A DNA stretch of 62,206 bases, the filler included. It is 6 parts of 6 records of this genome, joined end to end, with 100 filler letters (N's around TTAATTAATTAA, not from the genome) between each part and the next. Parts side by side here need not be neighbours in the genome. Positions count along the whole stretch, not along the records: positions 1 to 23,225 come from SRR20825010_4690; positions 23,326 to 36,485 come from SRR20825010_4692; 4 more parts are not named here. One strand, 5' to 3'. Shown here piece after piece: positions 13,546 through 24,968 of the stretch (positions within the stretch are counted from its first letter, which is position 1; each line of letters starts with the position of its first letter). The notes under the pieces were generated by a model. It was not told where the DNA came from, did not search any database, and saw only the letters and a program-made list of their open reading frames with translations. A program made the translations under genes and the position numbers.

Positions 13546-15069
13546 TCAGTCTTCGTCGTTATACAGATCAATAATGCCGTTGTCGGAGGAATCCCCGGCA
13601 CCGGCTTGGGACATGTTCTCGTCATTGCGGGCCGCCTCCAGTTTATTGAGATAGGCTGCGTCCACATCACCAGTAACGTAATTGCCGGTAAAGACGGAAC
13701 ACTCCCACCCCTCGATCTCCGGATTAACGTCATTCACACAGGTAATGAGATCATCCAGATCCTGGTACAGCAACCAGTCCGCGCCGATGAGCTCGCCAAT
13801 CTCCTGAACACTTCGGTCGTGGGCGATCAACTCGTTCACCGACGGCATATCAATGCCGTAGACATTGGGGTAACGAACCGGGGGCGCTGCTGACGCGAAG
13901 TAAACCTTACGGGCACCGGCATCTCTGGCCATCTGCACGATTTCCTTGCAGGTGGTTCCCCGTACAATGGAATCGTCCACCAGCATGACGTTCTTGCCCC
14001 GGAACTCGAGATCGATCGGGTTCAGCTTCTGGCGCACGGACTTCTTCCGCATCTTCTGGCCCGGCATGATAAAGGTACGGCCGATATAGCGATTCTTGAT
14101 AAAGCCTTCACGGAACTTCACCCCCAGCCGATGCGCCATCTGCATCGCAGAGGTGCGACTGGTATCCGGTATCGGCATCACCACATCGATATCATGGTCC
14201 GGACGCTCCCGCAGCACCTTCTCCGCCAGAGTTTCCCCCATCCGCAGCCGCGCCTTGTAGACCGATACCTTGTCGATAATGGAATCTGGCCGCGCAAAAT
14301 ACACGTGCTCGAATATACAGGGGTAAAGGTGGGCTTCCTCAGCGCACTGCTGGGTATAAAGCGTGCCATCGGTTTCAATGTACACCGCCTCACCCGGCGC
14401 GATGTCCCGCACCAGTTTGAAGCCCGCGGCACTCAGCGCCACGCTCTCGGAGGCAATCATGTACTCCTCACCCTCTTCGGTCTTGCGCACGCCATAACAG
14501 GCCGGGCGAATGCCGTTGGGGTCTCGGAAACCGACGATGCCATATCCAGTGATCATGGCTATGACCGCATAGGCGCCGCGGCAGCGTTTGTGCACGGCCC
14601 GAACAGCCGCAAAAATTTCTTCCTTGGTCGGGTCGAGTTTGCCCAGTTTCTGAAGCTCATGGGCAAACACGTTCAACAGGACTTCGGAATCAGAGTTGGT
14701 GTTGATGTGGCGGAGATCGGTGCGAAACAGATCACGGCTAAGGTCGTCGGCGTTGGTCAGGTTGCCGTTATGGGCCAGGGTAATGCCGTAGGGGCTGTTG
14801 ACGTAAAACGGCTGCGCTTCCGCCGAGCTTGAACTGCCCGCCGTGGGATACCGAACATGGCCGATACCAACATTACCCACCAGGCGGCGCATGTGACGGG
14901 TACGAAATACATCCCGCACCAGGCCGTTGTCCTTGCGCAGGTAAAAACGCTCATCCTGAAAGGTAACAATTCCCGCCGCATCCTGGCCCCGGTGTTGTAA
15001 TACGGTCAGCGCATCGTAAAGCGTCTGATTCACGTTGGAAGTACTGACTATGCCGACAATGCCACACAT
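13546..15069 (-). CDS. purF: Amidophosphoribosyltransferase
   Basis: MCGIVG (Ntn Cys), [23 protein letters not shown] loop [10 protein letters not shown]. Confidence 0.98.
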   Translation of the reverse strand: MCGIVGIVSTSNVNQTLYDALTVLQHRGQDAAGIVTFQDERFYLRKDNGLVRDVFRTRHMRRLVGNVGIGHVRYPTAGSSSSAEAQPFYVNSPYGITLAHNGNLTNADDLSRDLFRTDLRHINTNSDSEVLLNVFAHELQKLGKLDPTKEEIFAAVRAVHKRCRGAYAVIAMITGYGIVGFRDPNGIRPACYGVRKTEEGEEYMIASESVALSAAGFKLVRDIAPGEAVYIETDGTLYTQQCAEEAHLYPCIFEHVYFARPDSIIDKVSVYKARLRMGETLAEKVLRERPDHDIDVVMPIPDTSRTSAMQMAHRLGVKFREGFIKNRYIGRTFIMPGQKMRKKSVRQKLNPIDLEFRGKNVMLVDDSIVRGTTCKEIVQMARDAGARKVYFASAAPPVRYPNVYGIDMPSVNELIAHDRSVQEIGELIGADWLLYQDLDDLITCVNDVNPEIEGWECSVFTGNYVTGDVDAAYLNKLEAARNDENMSQAGAGDSSDNGIIDLYNDED

Positions 15070-15104
15070 GGATACGGTAATCTCCGAAGCGTTAATACTG
15101 AATG

Positions 15105-15674
15105 TTAGCGGGACGCGGAAGCGGGTTCCACGTTATCTTCCTGCTGAGAACCGGAGGGGTTATCCATTTCCCCGCCTGCCGGCCCGAGAAAGCGGGCAAA
15201 TTCGTCTCCGAGGGTTCTTCTTGACCAATCTTCCACCACGGCCAGACGGTCTATCATGATGGACGTACGCCACCAGGTGTCCTGTGCCAGCGGCGTATAG
15301 CGGGTAAGTGCAATCCCGACAATCACCACCACAACGCCCCGTAACAGGCCGAATCCCATACCGAGCACTCTGTCAGTGGCGGAAAGCCCGGTCGCCCTGA
15401 CCAGATGGCCGATCATGTTATTGATTATGGCACCAACAATAAGGGTACCAAAGAACAGGATCGCGAAGGCAGCGACAAGCCGCACAAGCGGCGTTTCAAC
15501 GGTGCTCTCGAGGAGAGATTGCATCTGGGGATGGAATGTCCGGGCAAGGATAAACGCCCCCACCCACGTGATCAGCGAGAGCGCCTCTTTCACAAAGCCA
15601 CGCTTCAGGCTGATTAGGGTGGAAACAGTTATCAGGGCAATGATGACCCAGTCGATCCAGATCAGCGCATCCAT
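15105..15674 (-). CDS. cvpA: CvpA family membrane protein
   Basis: [30 protein letters not shown]. Directly upstream of purF. Confidence 0.93.
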   Translation of the reverse strand: MDALIWIDWVIIALITVSTLISLKRGFVKEALSLITWVGAFILARTFHPQMQSLLESTVETPLVRLVAAFAILFFGTLIVGAIINNMIGHLVRATGLSATDRVLGMGFGLLRGVVVVIVGIALTRYTPLAQDTWWRTSIMIDRLAVVEDWSRRTLGDEFARFLGPAGGEMDNPSGSQQEDNVEPASASR

Positions 15675-15704
15675 GGAAAACCCGGTGAAAATAAGGAAGC
15701 GCGA

Positions 15705-15732
15705 ATTCTATCAGGAAACGTCACCCGACCAA
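15705..15732 (-). promoter_or_regulatory. Candidate sigma70 promoter for cvpA-purF
   Basis: Minus strand reads TTGGTC-N16-TAGAAT with an extended -10 TG (TGATAGAAT). Confidence 0.4.
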
Positions 15733-15769
15733 ACCGCCCTGTGCGCATAAGTGACCGGAGAAGCCCGGG

Positions 15770-16432
15770 TTATTTGTCGCCGGAGGTCACCAGGCTGTTG
15801 AGACCAAAGGCTTTGTCGAGCGCCTGTTTTGCTCTTTCAGCTTCCGCCTTTTCCGCGAAAGGACCACTAAAGACACGGGTCAGCTCGGTGTCACCGCGTG
15901 TCACCTGCTGCAGGTGGGAGTTGTAACCCTTGTCACGAACCTTGTCACGCAACCGCCTGGCGTTATCACCACTGCCAAAACTGCCCAACTGGACAACCCA
16001 CGCGCCTTCCAGCGAGCGGGTATACTCCGCTGAATCCGTCTCAGTGGCCGGATCAGCGGAGCCGGTGTTGGCGGATGACGACGGCTCTTCAGATGGCGCT
16101 GGCTCTGGAGGATTCTGAGGTTCTTCGACGGCATTGGCGACAGGTTGAGGCTCTGTACCCGCCATGTCGGTATCGGGTATTGGTTGGTCGTTTGACGGCT
16201 GGGGGGCCGAGTCCGGCTCGCCAGCCGCATCGCTTTCCTCAAGCCGGTACGCCGGGGCATCGGAAAGTTCTGGCTCGGGTGCATCCACTTCGGGGAACGG
16301 CGGTTCTTCCGGGATCTTGATTGTGGTGGATTCGCGCTCGGAATGTGGTTCATCGAACATCATCGGCACAAAGATTACGGCAAGTGACACCAGCACGAGA
16401 GCCCCGATGATTCTTTGTTTCAGTCCGTCCAC
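15770..16432 (-). CDS. dedD: SPOR domain cell-division protein (DedD-like)
   Basis: LKQRIIGALVLVSLAVIFVP TM anchor, acidic/Pro linker, SPOR domain WVVQLGSF...TRVFSGPF. Sits in folC-dedD-cvpA order. Confidence 0.85.
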   Translation of the reverse strand: MDGLKQRIIGALVLVSLAVIFVPMMFDEPHSERESTTIKIPEEPPFPEVDAPEPELSDAPAYRLEESDAAGEPDSAPQPSNDQPIPDTDMAGTEPQPVANAVEEPQNPPEPAPSEEPSSSANTGSADPATETDSAEYTRSLEGAWVVQLGSFGSGDNARRLRDKVRDKGYNSHLQQVTRGDTELTRVFSGPFAEKAEAERAKQALDKAFGLNSLVTSGDK

Positions 16433-16544
16433 GTTAGGTTGTCCCCTGTTTGTTCCTGCCCCGCCATCATTGACGACTTTCTGTGCCCGATACTAACCGC
16501 CCAATGCTGAGAACTCAAAGCTTCGACGACGGAATGAAGGATAT

Positions 16545-17870
16545 TTAAGGCGCCGTTTTCCCCAGGGACACCCTGGCCTGCGCTACCGTGTAGAAGGAGC
16601 CGAATATCACCACCATATCCTCCGGACCGGCGCCACCCAGAGCTTCCTCCACGGCCGCTGAGACCGAGACGGAAACTGTGGCTGCAGGCAGCCGAAGCAG
16701 ACCACCTATTCGGTCAACCAGCTCAGGACCGGACAACCCACGATGAACGTCCAGACCAGCCAGGTGCCACTCGTCGACTACCGGAGCCATTGCGCCCGCT
16801 ACCCCTTCCACATCCTTGTCTTCGAGGGCGGCGTAGACAGCAATAACACGCCCGGCCCCGGGCTCCCGCCGCCCGATTCGAGCCGCCAGCCAGTTGGCGG
16901 CGTGGGGATTATGGCCGACATCAACCACCACCCGAGGTTGCTGCTGCAAGACTTCATAGCGACCCGGCAACGTCAGCCGGGCGATAACCTGCTCAATGGC
17001 ACTGGGCGCCAATTCCGGCGCCAACTGTCTGACAGCAACGACTGCTGCGGCCAGACTGTGGACGGGAAGCCCGTTGTCTGGAAGCAATACCCGGTCGCCG
17101 TAGCGAGGCTGCTCCAGCCAAAGACTGCCAGCTGGTGCTATGCCTGGGTCGCACGGCACCAATTGATACGTCTCTCCAGGCCTTTCCAGCTGGACCTTCT
17201 GGGCGGCCGCCTGCTGCAATACCGACTCAGGTGGATCGATATCGGCGTAGACAGCGGGTATGCCGGGGCGAAGGATGCCCGCTTTCTCAAAACCGATGAC
17301 CTCACGGTTGTCTCCGAGAAAGGCAACGTGATCGATATCAACGGAGGTAATAATGGCCAGATCCGGATCCAGAACGTTGACCGCATCCAGGCGCCCGCCC
17401 AGCCCAACTTCAAGAACCCAGTCCTCGACACCCGCTTCCAGGAACAGTACAAAAGCAGCGAGGGTTCCAAACTCGAAATACGTCAGCGTGGTATCACGGC
17501 GAGCTTCCTCCACCCGGGAAAACGCACGGACCAACTGGTCATCGCCAACATCCGCCCCGTTGATCCTTACCCGCTCGTTATAGTTCTGGAGGTGGGGAGA
17601 GGTATAGGCCCCGGTCGACCGCCCCGATGCCATTAACAGCTTCTCAAGTGCCGCTACCGCACTGCCTTTTCCATTGGTACCTGCGATGGTGATGATTCGC
17701 CCGGCCGGATTGCGGCGAAACAGGCGTCGCAACACCAGCAGCACTCGGTCGAGGCCAAGGTCGATTTCAGAAGGGTGGATCGATTCGAGGTAACCAAGCC
17801 ACTGGTCAAGCGTGGCTTTATCGCCCGGGACAGCATTGCCCCGGGCGACAGGGCTATTCTGCGGGGGCAT
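16545..17870 (-). CDS. folC: Bifunctional folylpolyglutamate synthase/dihydrofolate synthase
   Basis: [43 protein letters not shown]. Start placed at ATG 17870. Confidence 0.94.
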   Translation of the reverse strand: MPPQNSPVARGNAVPGDKATLDQWLGYLESIHPSEIDLGLDRVLLVLRRLFRRNPAGRIITIAGTNGKGSAVAALEKLLMASGRSTGAYTSPHLQNYNERVRINGADVGDDQLVRAFSRVEEARRDTTLTYFEFGTLAAFVLFLEAGVEDWVLEVGLGGRLDAVNVLDPDLAIITSVDIDHVAFLGDNREVIGFEKAGILRPGIPAVYADIDPPESVLQQAAAQKVQLERPGETYQLVPCDPGIAPAGSLWLEQPRYGDRVLLPDNGLPVHSLAAAVVAVRQLAPELAPSAIEQVIARLTLPGRYEVLQQQPRVVVDVGHNPHAANWLAARIGRREPGAGRVIAVYAALEDKDVEGVAGAMAPVVDEWHLAGLDVHRGLSGPELVDRIGGLLRLPAATVSVSVSAAVEEALGGAGPEDMVVIFGSFYTVAQARVSLGKTAP

Positions 17871-18780
17871 CGGTTTCCGGTCGCTCCGACACTTCGAACT
17901 CGATGGGCGCTTCCGTGGCCGGCTTATCCAGATCGGTAAACTTGGCCAACAAGGCAGCAATGCGCTCACGCATCTGATGCCGATGAAGAATCATGTCGAT
18001 GGCGCCATGCTCCAGCAGGAACTCGCTGCGCTGGAAACCTTCGGGCAGCTTTTCACGAACAGTTTGCTCGATAACACGAGGACCGGCGAAACCGATCAGC
18101 GCATAAGGTTCCGCAATGTTCAGATCGCCCAGCATGGCAAGACTTGCGGAAACGCCACCGAATACCGGGTCGGTCAAGACCGAGATATAGGGAATGCCCT
18201 CCTGCTTCATGCGCTCAAGCACGGCGGCCGTCTTGGACATCTGCATCAGCGACAGGATTGCCTCCTGCATCCGTGCGCCACCGCTGGCAGAGAAACACAC
18301 CAATGGAATCCGCTCTTCCAGGCACACATTGGCCGCCTGAACGAACTTTTCACCCACGACCTGCCCCATGGAGCCGCCAAGGAAGTTGAATTCAAAGGCC
18401 ACCGCAACCAGCGGAATATCCAGGCAGGAGCCACGCATGGCAACCAAGGCATCTTTCTCGCCAGTGGCTTTCTGGTTCTGGCTCAGGCGATCCTTGTAAC
18501 GCTTGCTGTCCTTGAACTTCAGGCGGTCCCAAGGTTCCAGATCAGCCGCGATCTCCTGGCGGCCGTCGGCGTCCAGGAAAACATCCAGACGACGGCGGGC
18601 AGTTATCCTCAGGTGATGCTGGCACTTGGGGCACACGTCCAGATTCTTATCCAGCTCCGGCTTGTACAAAAACGCCCCGCACTTGGGGCATTTCTTCCAC
18701 AGACCTTCAGGAACACCGGTCCGTTGTTTGGATTCCGAGCGGATCTTGCTCGGCATGATCTTGTCCAGCCAGTTACTCAT
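17854..18780 (-). CDS. accD: Acetyl-CoA carboxylase carboxyltransferase beta subunit
   Basis: Zinc finger CPKC...[29 protein letters not shown]. Confidence 0.97.
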   Translation of the reverse strand: MSNWLDKIMPSKIRSESKQRTGVPEGLWKKCPKCGAFLYKPELDKNLDVCPKCQHHLRITARRRLDVFLDADGRQEIAADLEPWDRLKFKDSKRYKDRLSQNQKATGEKDALVAMRGSCLDIPLVAVAFEFNFLGGSMGQVVGEKFVQAANVCLEERIPLVCFSASGGARMQEAILSLMQMSKTAAVLERMKQEGIPYISVLTDPVFGGVSASLAMLGDLNIAEPYALIGFAGPRVIEQTVREKLPEGFQRSEFLLEHGAIDMILHRHQMRERIAALLAKFTDLDKPATEAPIEFEVSERPETDAPAE

Positions 18781-18820
18781 GATCTCATCCTGTCCTTTGA
18801 TGCCTGCGGGAACCCGACTG

Positions 18821-19633
18821 TCACGAAGCCAGGCTGTCCAGTGCTTCTCGCATCGGGTGGAGCAGATCCGACAATGCCCGTTTGAGCTGATCAGGATCCG
18901 CCTGATTTCGGGCTATTGTATCGACCAGTACACTGCCGACAATTACACCATCGGATACCCGACCGACCGCTGCCGCTGTTGCAGCGTCACGAATACCAAA
19001 TCCAACACCCACCGGAAGCGCAGTCAGTTCGTGAATATGGGACACCTTCGAGGCCACTTCATCCACATCGATCTTACCGGCGCCCGTAACACCCTTGAAT
19101 GAAACATAGTACACATAGCCCGAACTGTGCTCACTGATTGCACGAATTCGGTCGTCCGTCGTGGTTGGTGCCAACAGAAAAATCGCATCAAGGTTCCGGG
19201 CCGTGAACAATGGCGCCACTTCGTCCGCCTCTTCCGGCGGCAAATCCACCGTCAGGATACCATCAACCCCGGCATCAACAGCCGCGTCAGCGAATTTCTC
19301 CTGACCCATGGCCTCCATCGGGTTGAGGTAACCCATCAGCACGACCGGTGTGGCATTGTCTTTCTCACGGAACGTTTTCACCATTCCCAGCACCTGACGC
19401 AATGACGTCCCGTGCACCAACGCTCTCTCACACGCCTGTTGAATCACCGGGCCGTCCGCCATTGGGTCGGAAAACGGTACGCCCAGTTCGATGATATCAG
19501 CACCCGCCGACACCAAAGTGTGCATCAGGTCAACGGTCAGATCCGGATGTGGATCGCCAGCGGTAATGTACGGAATCAGCGCCTTGCGACCCTGCCCTTT
19601 CAGGGCTTTCAGCACCCCTTCGATTCGACTCAT
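18821..19633 (-). CDS. trpA: Tryptophan synthase alpha subunit
   Basis: [33 protein letters not shown]. Confidence 0.97.
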   Translation of the reverse strand: MSRIEGVLKALKGQGRKALIPYITAGDPHPDLTVDLMHTLVSAGADIIELGVPFSDPMADGPVIQQACERALVHGTSLRQVLGMVKTFREKDNATPVVLMGYLNPMEAMGQEKFADAAVDAGVDGILTVDLPPEEADEVAPLFTARNLDAIFLLAPTTTDDRIRAISEHSSGYVYYVSFKGVTGAGKIDVDEVASKVSHIHELTALPVGVGFGIRDAATAAAVGRVSDGVIVGSVLVDTIARNQADPDQLKRALSDLLHPMREALDSLAS

Positions 19634-19708
19634 GCCTGCTCCTGTGATTATTCCTGCACTGCAGTCCGTACCAGCCCGGCGACCTGCCGTCAGATACCGG
19701 GCAACTGC

Positions 19709-20929
19709 TTAAACTTCTATGCCATCCAGTTGAGCGATGGTGTGTATGTCCTTGTCACCGCGACCGGAGACGTTGATCACCACCATCTGGTCCTTATCCA
19801 TCGTAGCGGCCAGCTTGATAGCGTAGGCCACCGCATGGGCGGTCTCAAGCGCGGGCATAATACCCTCCACCCGTGTCAGCTTCCGGAAGCCATCCAGAGC
19901 TTCATCGTCGGTCACCGACACGTAGTGGGCCCGGCCAATGTCCTTGAGCCAGCTGTGCTCAGGCCCGACGCCCGGGTAATCAAGGCCGGCACTGACCGAA
20001 TGGGTGCCCGCGATCTGGCCATTCTCGTCTTCCATCAGGTACGTCCGGTTACCGTGAAGCACACCCGGACGTCCCGCGCTCAGCGGCGCCGCATGTTTTC
20101 CGGTCTCAATACCCAGGCCACCGGCTTCCACACCGTACATCTCCACACTCTCGTCGGTCAGGAACGGATAGAACATGCCGATGGCGTTGGAACCACCACC
20201 GACACAGGCCACCAGCGCATCCGGCAGTTTACCCGCCTGGGCCAGGGACTGTTCGCGGGTTTCTCGCCCGATGACTGACTGGAAATCACGCACCAGCAGT
20301 GGATAAGGGTGAGGCCCGGCAACCGTACCAATGATGTAGAAGGTGTCGTCAACGTTCGCCACCCAGTCACGCATCGCGTCGTTCATGGCGTCCTTGAGTG
20401 TGCGCGTTCCGCTCTGAACGGAGTGAACCTCAGCGCCAAGCAGTTTCATCCGGTAAACGTTCAGGGACTGTCGCTTTACATCCTCGGCGCCCATGAACAC
20501 GTGGCACTCAAGGCCCAGGCGCGCGCACACGGTCGCTGTAGCAACGCCATGCTGCCCGGCACCCGTTTCCGCAATGACCCGTTTTTTACCCAGGAAACTC
20601 GCGAGCAGTGCCTGACCGATGGTGTTATTTACCTTGTGCGCGCCCGTGTGGTTAAGATCTTCACGCTTCAGCCAGATTTGTGCACCACCGGTTTCCCGGC
20701 TCAGTCTTTCAGCAAAGTACAGCGGGCTGGGCCGGCCAACATAATGCGCCAGATCCCGATCAAACTCCGCCTGGAACTCCGGATCGTCCTTTAGTCTTTT
20801 GTACTCACGCTCCAGGGTCATCAGCGAATCAAACAGGGTTTCGGAGACAAATCTTCCGCCGTAAGCACCAAAGTGACCCCGTGCATCCGGAAGCGCCTTG
20901 AGCATTTCTTCAGTCAGTTTCATCGACAC
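19709..20929 (-). CDS. trpB: Tryptophan synthase beta subunit
   Basis: [52 protein letters not shown]. Confidence 0.98.
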   Translation of the reverse strand: MSMKLTEEMLKALPDARGHFGAYGGRFVSETLFDSLMTLEREYKRLKDDPEFQAEFDRDLAHYVGRPSPLYFAERLSRETGGAQIWLKREDLNHTGAHKVNNTIGQALLASFLGKKRVIAETGAGQHGVATATVCARLGLECHVFMGAEDVKRQSLNVYRMKLLGAEVHSVQSGTRTLKDAMNDAMRDWVANVDDTFYIIGTVAGPHPYPLLVRDFQSVIGRETREQSLAQAGKLPDALVACVGGGSNAIGMFYPFLTDESVEMYGVEAGGLGIETGKHAAPLSAGRPGVLHGNRTYLMEDENGQIAGTHSVSAGLDYPGVGPEHSWLKDIGRAHYVSVTDDEALDGFRKLTRVEGIMPALETAHAVAYAIKLAATMDKDQMVVINVSGRGDKDIHTIAQLDGIEV

Positions 20930-21539
20930 GGTGAACCTCGTTTATAAAATCAGTGATCTTTTCGTCGTCTTTGATGCCTTTGCTGCTTTCCACACCACCA
21001 CTGACATCGACGGCCCAGGGGCGCACCTGCGCAACAGCGCGGGATACATTATCAGAAGCCAGGCCGCCGGCCAATATGAGAGGCAATGGGCGCGTGGACG
21101 GTATCAATGACCAGTTAAAGGACTGTCCGGTACCGCCGTATTTCTTCGGGTCCCATGCATCCACCAGCAGGCCGCTGGCGTTACGGTAATGCTCAAAGGC
21201 ATGTTCGATATCATCAGTTTCGCGCACCCGCACGGCTTTGATCCAGCGAACACCGAAACTGTTGCAAAATTCCGGAGATTCATCGCCATGAAACTGGAGA
21301 AGCCCCAGCGGCACCTGTGACAGCACCTCCCGGACGTATGACGCTTCGGGGTTAACAAACAGCCCCGTTGCCGCTACAAAGGGAGGAACCGCATCCACCA
21401 GCTCCCTGGCGGCATCAGGTGTCACATACCTTGGGCTGGGCTCGTAGAATACAAAGCCCAGGGCATCCGCTCCAGCGTTGGCAGCGGCAATAACGTCCTG
21501 CTTTCGGGTGATACCACAGATCTTGACCCGGGTTCTCAT
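20910..21539 (-). CDS. trpF: Phosphoribosylanthranilate isomerase
   Basis: [39 protein letters not shown]. Confidence 0.96.
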   Translation of the reverse strand: MRTRVKICGITRKQDVIAAANAGADALGFVFYEPSPRYVTPDAARELVDAVPPFVAATGLFVNPEASYVREVLSQVPLGLLQFHGDESPEFCNSFGVRWIKAVRVRETDDIEHAFEHYRNASGLLVDAWDPKKYGGTGQSFNWSLIPSTRPLPLILAGGLASDNVSRAVAQVRPWAVDVSGGVESSKGIKDDEKITDFINEVHRVDETD

Positions 21540-21546
21540 AAGCCGT

Positions 21547-22443
21547 CTATCGCTGTTTTCGGTGTATGTGAGTCGGGCTGCGTGGTCGGTTTTCATCAGC
21601 CTCAAACCAGGGTGCGACGAACGCTGGCCCGCACTGAGCTGCCGGGATAGAGAACCCTTCCGGATACCCTACATCCACCAGATACAGTCCATGGGGCGGT
21701 GCTGTTACGCCTGCAACAGTCCGATCTCTGGCCTCAAGTATCTCACGAATCCAGGCCGGCCGCTGCTTCCCTGTACCCACCGACATCAGTGCACCGGCGA
21801 TATTGCGAACCATATGATGCAGGAACGCATTTGCCTGCACATCTATTACGACGAAGTTCCCTTTTCGGGTTACCTCGATGGCTTCAAGAAACCGAATGGG
21901 TGACCTCGACTGGCAGCCAGCCGCACGAAATGAGGAGAAGTCGTGCTCACCGCAAAGAAACTGGGCAGCCTGATGCATCAGCGCTGCATCCAGGGGGCGA
22001 AACGTCCAGCTAACCTGGCCATGAAGGATGCCCGGCCTTACCGCATGGTTATAGATCACATAACGGTACCGGCGATACGTCGCGGAAAAACGGGCGTGGA
22101 AGTCATCCACCCCATTACCGGCCCAATGAACCGCGATGTCCTGCGGCAATGAGGTGTTGATTCCCATGACCCAGGACCGGGGATTACGTACGGAGGGTGT
22201 CTCGAAATGCGCAATCTGGTAACTGGCGTGCACACCCGCATCCGTGCGGCCCGCACATACGAGTTCAACAGGATGGTCGGCAACCTTTGAAACCGCCTGG
22301 GTCAGTTCTCCCTGAACCGACCGCACGCCTGATTTCTGATATTGCCAGCCGTGGAAACCCCGGCCATCGTATTCAAAGGCAAGCGCGACCCGCCCCGCCC
22401 CGATGGCGCCGTCAGTGGTCAGTGGTTGTGGCGTAACAAACAA
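21547..22443 (-). CDS. truA: tRNA pseudouridine(38-40) synthase
   Basis: [53 protein letters not shown]. Confidence 0.96.
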   Translation of the reverse strand: MFVTPQPLTTDGAIGAGRVALAFEYDGRGFHGWQYQKSGVRSVQGELTQAVSKVADHPVELVCAGRTDAGVHASYQIAHFETPSVRNPRSWVMGINTSLPQDIAVHWAGNGVDDFHARFSATYRRYRYVIYNHAVRPGILHGQVSWTFRPLDAALMHQAAQFLCGEHDFSSFRAAGCQSRSPIRFLEAIEVTRKGNFVVIDVQANAFLHHMVRNIAGALMSVGTGKQRPAWIREILEARDRTVAGVTAPPHGLYLVDVGYPEGFSIPAAQCGPAFVAPWFEADENRPRSPTHIHRKQR

Positions 22444-22472
22444 TGAAGTGTCCGGATTGGCAAGCTGATAAT

Positions 22473-22523
22473 AAAAAACAAAACGCCGGCTTTAATCCGG
22501 GACGGGCCCGGTAACCGGCGTTT
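22473..22523 (-). terminator. Rho-independent terminator downstream of fimV
   Basis: Minus strand AAACGCCGG...CCGGCGTTT stem followed by TGTTTTTTA. Confidence 0.65.
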
Positions 22524-22550
22524 CGCATTCGCTGTGCTGATTATAGCGAA

Positions 22551-23225
22551 TCAGGACAGATTTTTAAGGAGATCCTGCGCTTCCGCTTTCTGCTCCTCAT
22601 TACCTTCCAGAGCCACTTCCTCAAGGATATCCCTGGCTCCGTCGACGTCGCCCATTTCCACGTAGGCTCTGGCAAGGTCAAGCTTGGTTGACGCTTCATC
22701 GGTGCCCGTCAGGAAATCGAAGTCATCATCGTCGCCAAGATCGGCTTCACCGATGTCATCCGAGCTGGAAGCTGCCTTTGAGGACGCGGAATCAGATGCC
22801 ACGGGAGGCTCACCGGATTCCTCCTCAGCGGACTCGGCAGCTGCAAGATCATCATCGCTGAGTTCTGGAAGATCTTCCTCAACTTCCTCGACGCCCGCTA
22901 CTGTCTCTTCCGGATCGGCGGGTTCCTCACCCGTCAGGGTGTCCTCAAGACCGAGTTCTTCATCCAGAGGAGTAGAATCCTCCTGCTGCTGATCGCCATT
23001 CGCATCTGTGCCAGCAGAATCGCCGGAATCAGCAAACTCTTCCATCAGCGCGAGGTCCTCGTCGGAAACGTCAAGCTCAAGGTCGTCAAGTTCGCTTTGA
23101 TCGTCGTCGGAAGACGTCTCATCTTCGCCGGCAACTTTATCCAGCTCGGCATCCAGTTCGTCCAGGAAGGATTCGTCCAGGGAATCCAGATCGCTTTCTT
23201 CCAGGTCATTTTCTTCCAGATCGCC
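22551..23225 (-). CDS. fimV: FimV/HubP polar landmark protein, C-terminal part (5'-truncated)
   Basis: Very acidic region followed by the conserved DEASTKLDLARAYVEMGDVDGARDILEEV domain. Frame is open to the contig edge and lies upstream of truA. Confidence 0.93.
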   Translation of the reverse strand, partial: GDLEENDLEESDLDSLDESFLDELDAELDKVAGEDETSSDDDQSELDDLELDVSDEDLALMEEFADSGDSAGTDANGDQQQEDSTPLDEELGLEDTLTGEEPADPEETVAGVEEVEEDLPELSDDDLAAAESAEEESGEPPVASDSASSKAASSSDDIGEADLGDDDDFDFLTGTDEASTKLDLARAYVEMGDVDGARDILEEVALEGNEEQKAEAQDLLKNLS

Positions 23226-23325
23226 NNNNNNNNNNNNNNNNNNNNNNNNNNNNNNNNNNNNNNNNNNNNTTAATTAATTAANNNNNNNNNNNNNNNNNNN
23301 NNNNNNNNNNNNNNNNNNNNNNNNN
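23226..23325. other. Artificial contig-joining spacer
   Basis: 44 N + TTAATTAATTAA (stops in all six frames) + 44 N. Gene content and composition change across it. Confidence 0.97.
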
Positions 23326-24858
23326 CTGGAAGTGAACCAGATCTTTGGTACTGACAGCACGCGCAGAAGCGGGGTCAAGCTGAACAAGGGCAATGAGGAA
23401 GTGGGCATTGTGATTGATGCGTCTACCTTTCGAACCGATGGTTACCGGGACCACAGCAAAGCCCGCCGCGACAACTTCAATAGCAAAATGGTGTGGAATT
23501 TAAGCAGCGACACACGGCTAAGCTGGGTGGTGAACTACGTGGACATTCCCTTGGCTCAAGATCCAGCCGGTTTGACTGCCGAGCAACTTGCACAAAACCG
23601 CAGGCAAGCCGGCACCAACACAGTGGCCAGAAACACCAACAAAACTGTCGAGCAAAGCCAAACTGGCATTGTGCTTGAACACCGGTTCACGCCTGCCACC
23701 AATGTAACCTTCAGCCCTTACTACGGTGACCGTAAAATTCGACAGGTGTTGGCCAGCAGCGCGGTGATCGATTTGAAGAATGAGTACAGCGGTGCAGACC
23801 TTCGTTTTGGCCACCAAACCAGCTTGCTGGAAAAGCCCTTGTTTTTGAATGCAGGTTTAACCGTGGGCGAGCTGGAGCAGGCACGTTTGGGGTTTTTCGG
23901 GGCCAGCACCACGCCCAACCGGGATGAAGCCAATACAGCCAGCCAGTTCGACCAATACTTGCAGGCGGAATACTTTTTCACCGACAAATTCAGTGTGCTG
24001 GGTGGTGTAAGAAATTCGTCGATCGAGATTGAATCCCGTGACCAGTTTTTGAGCAACGGCAATGGCAGTGGCAGCAAAAAGTACGACGAGGTGACCAGCA
24101 ATCTGGGTTTCACTTACCGTTTGCAACCCAACATCAACACCTACATTTCCTATGGTGAGGGGTTTGAAACACCCACCTTGCTGGAAACGGCTTACTTGTC
24201 GGTTGCGCCGCCAAGCCCCAACTTCAATTCTGAATTGGAGGCCGCCAAAAGTGAACAACTTGAAGTGGGTGTGAAAGCCAGGTTTGGCGGCACCAAAGTG
24301 AATGCTGCGCTGTACACCGTGGACACCGAGAATGAAATTGTGGTGCTGGCTGCCAATGGTGGTGCCACATCGTTTCAAAATGCGGGCTCCACCGGCCGTG
24401 ACGGCGCGGAATTGGGCTTGCAACATGCCTTCAACAATCAGTGGCAGGCCAATGCGGCGGTTAACTACATTCGTGCCACTTACGGCACCTCGGTCAACAG
24501 CATTCAGGCGGGCAACAGCCTGCCGAGCATTCCGAAAAAAACCTTTTTTGGTGAGGTGGTGTACAAACCTTCCAGCCTGTACGAGGCCGCAACTGAATTG
24601 CGCTATGTCGATAAGCTTTTTGCCAATGATGCGAACGATGCATTTGCGCCATCCTATTCAGTGGTGAACCTGCGTGCCAGCAAAGACTGGCCGCTGGACG
24701 GTGGCTGGAATGTGCGCACCTATGCCCGGGTCGACAACGTGTTCGATAAGGAATACGTGGGTTCGGTGATCGTGAACCAAGGGGCAGGGCAGTTTTTTGA
24801 GCCCGCCAGCGAGCGTCAGTTTTTGTTGGGTGTGACGGTGGGATTGAAGTGGAAGTAA
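23326..24858 (+). CDS. TonB-dependent receptor, YncD/PqqU-like (5'-truncated)
   Basis: Beta-barrel periodicity. TDGYRDHS, QDPAGLT, GFETPT, FQNAGSTGRDGAEL and YARVDNVFDKEYVGSVIVN...EPA recall E. coli YncD. Confidence 0.85.
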   Translation: MEVNQIFGTDSTRRSGVKLNKGNEEVGIVIDASTFRTDGYRDHSKARRDNFNSKMVWNLSSDTRLSWVVNYVDIPLAQDPAGLTAEQLAQNRRQAGTNTVARNTNKTVEQSQTGIVLEHRFTPATNVTFSPYYGDRKIRQVLASSAVIDLKNEYSGADLRFGHQTSLLEKPLFLNAGLTVGELEQARLGFFGASTTPNRDEANTASQFDQYLQAEYFFTDKFSVLGGVRNSSIEIESRDQFLSNGNGSGSKKYDEVTSNLGFTYRLQPNINTYISYGEGFETPTLLETAYLSVAPPSPNFNSELEAAKSEQLEVGVKARFGGTKVNAALYTVDTENEIVVLAANGGATSFQNAGSTGRDGAELGLQHAFNNQWQANAAVNYIRATYGTSVNSIQAGNSLPSIPKKTFFGEVVYKPSSLYEAATELRYVDKLFANDANDAFAPSYSVVNLRASKDWPLDGGWNVRTYARVDNVFDKEYVGSVIVNQGAGQFFEPASERQFLLGVTVGLKWK

Positions 24859-24968
24859 GTCCAAAGTAACCTTTGGGTAACTTTAGAGCGCCTACACCAC
24901 TCCCCGCCGTGTGGGCGCTGTTAGAATCTGACACACATCATTTTCACAATTGAATCAGGTTCACAGCC

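Noticed and set aside
23270-23281. Recurring TTAATTAATTAA as a biological repeat
   Set aside because: Always centred in 44+44 N, so it is a six-frame-stop linker.
24863-24884. Inverted repeat after the TonB receptor gene
   Set aside because: Short, AT-rich and mismatched, so it could be chance.
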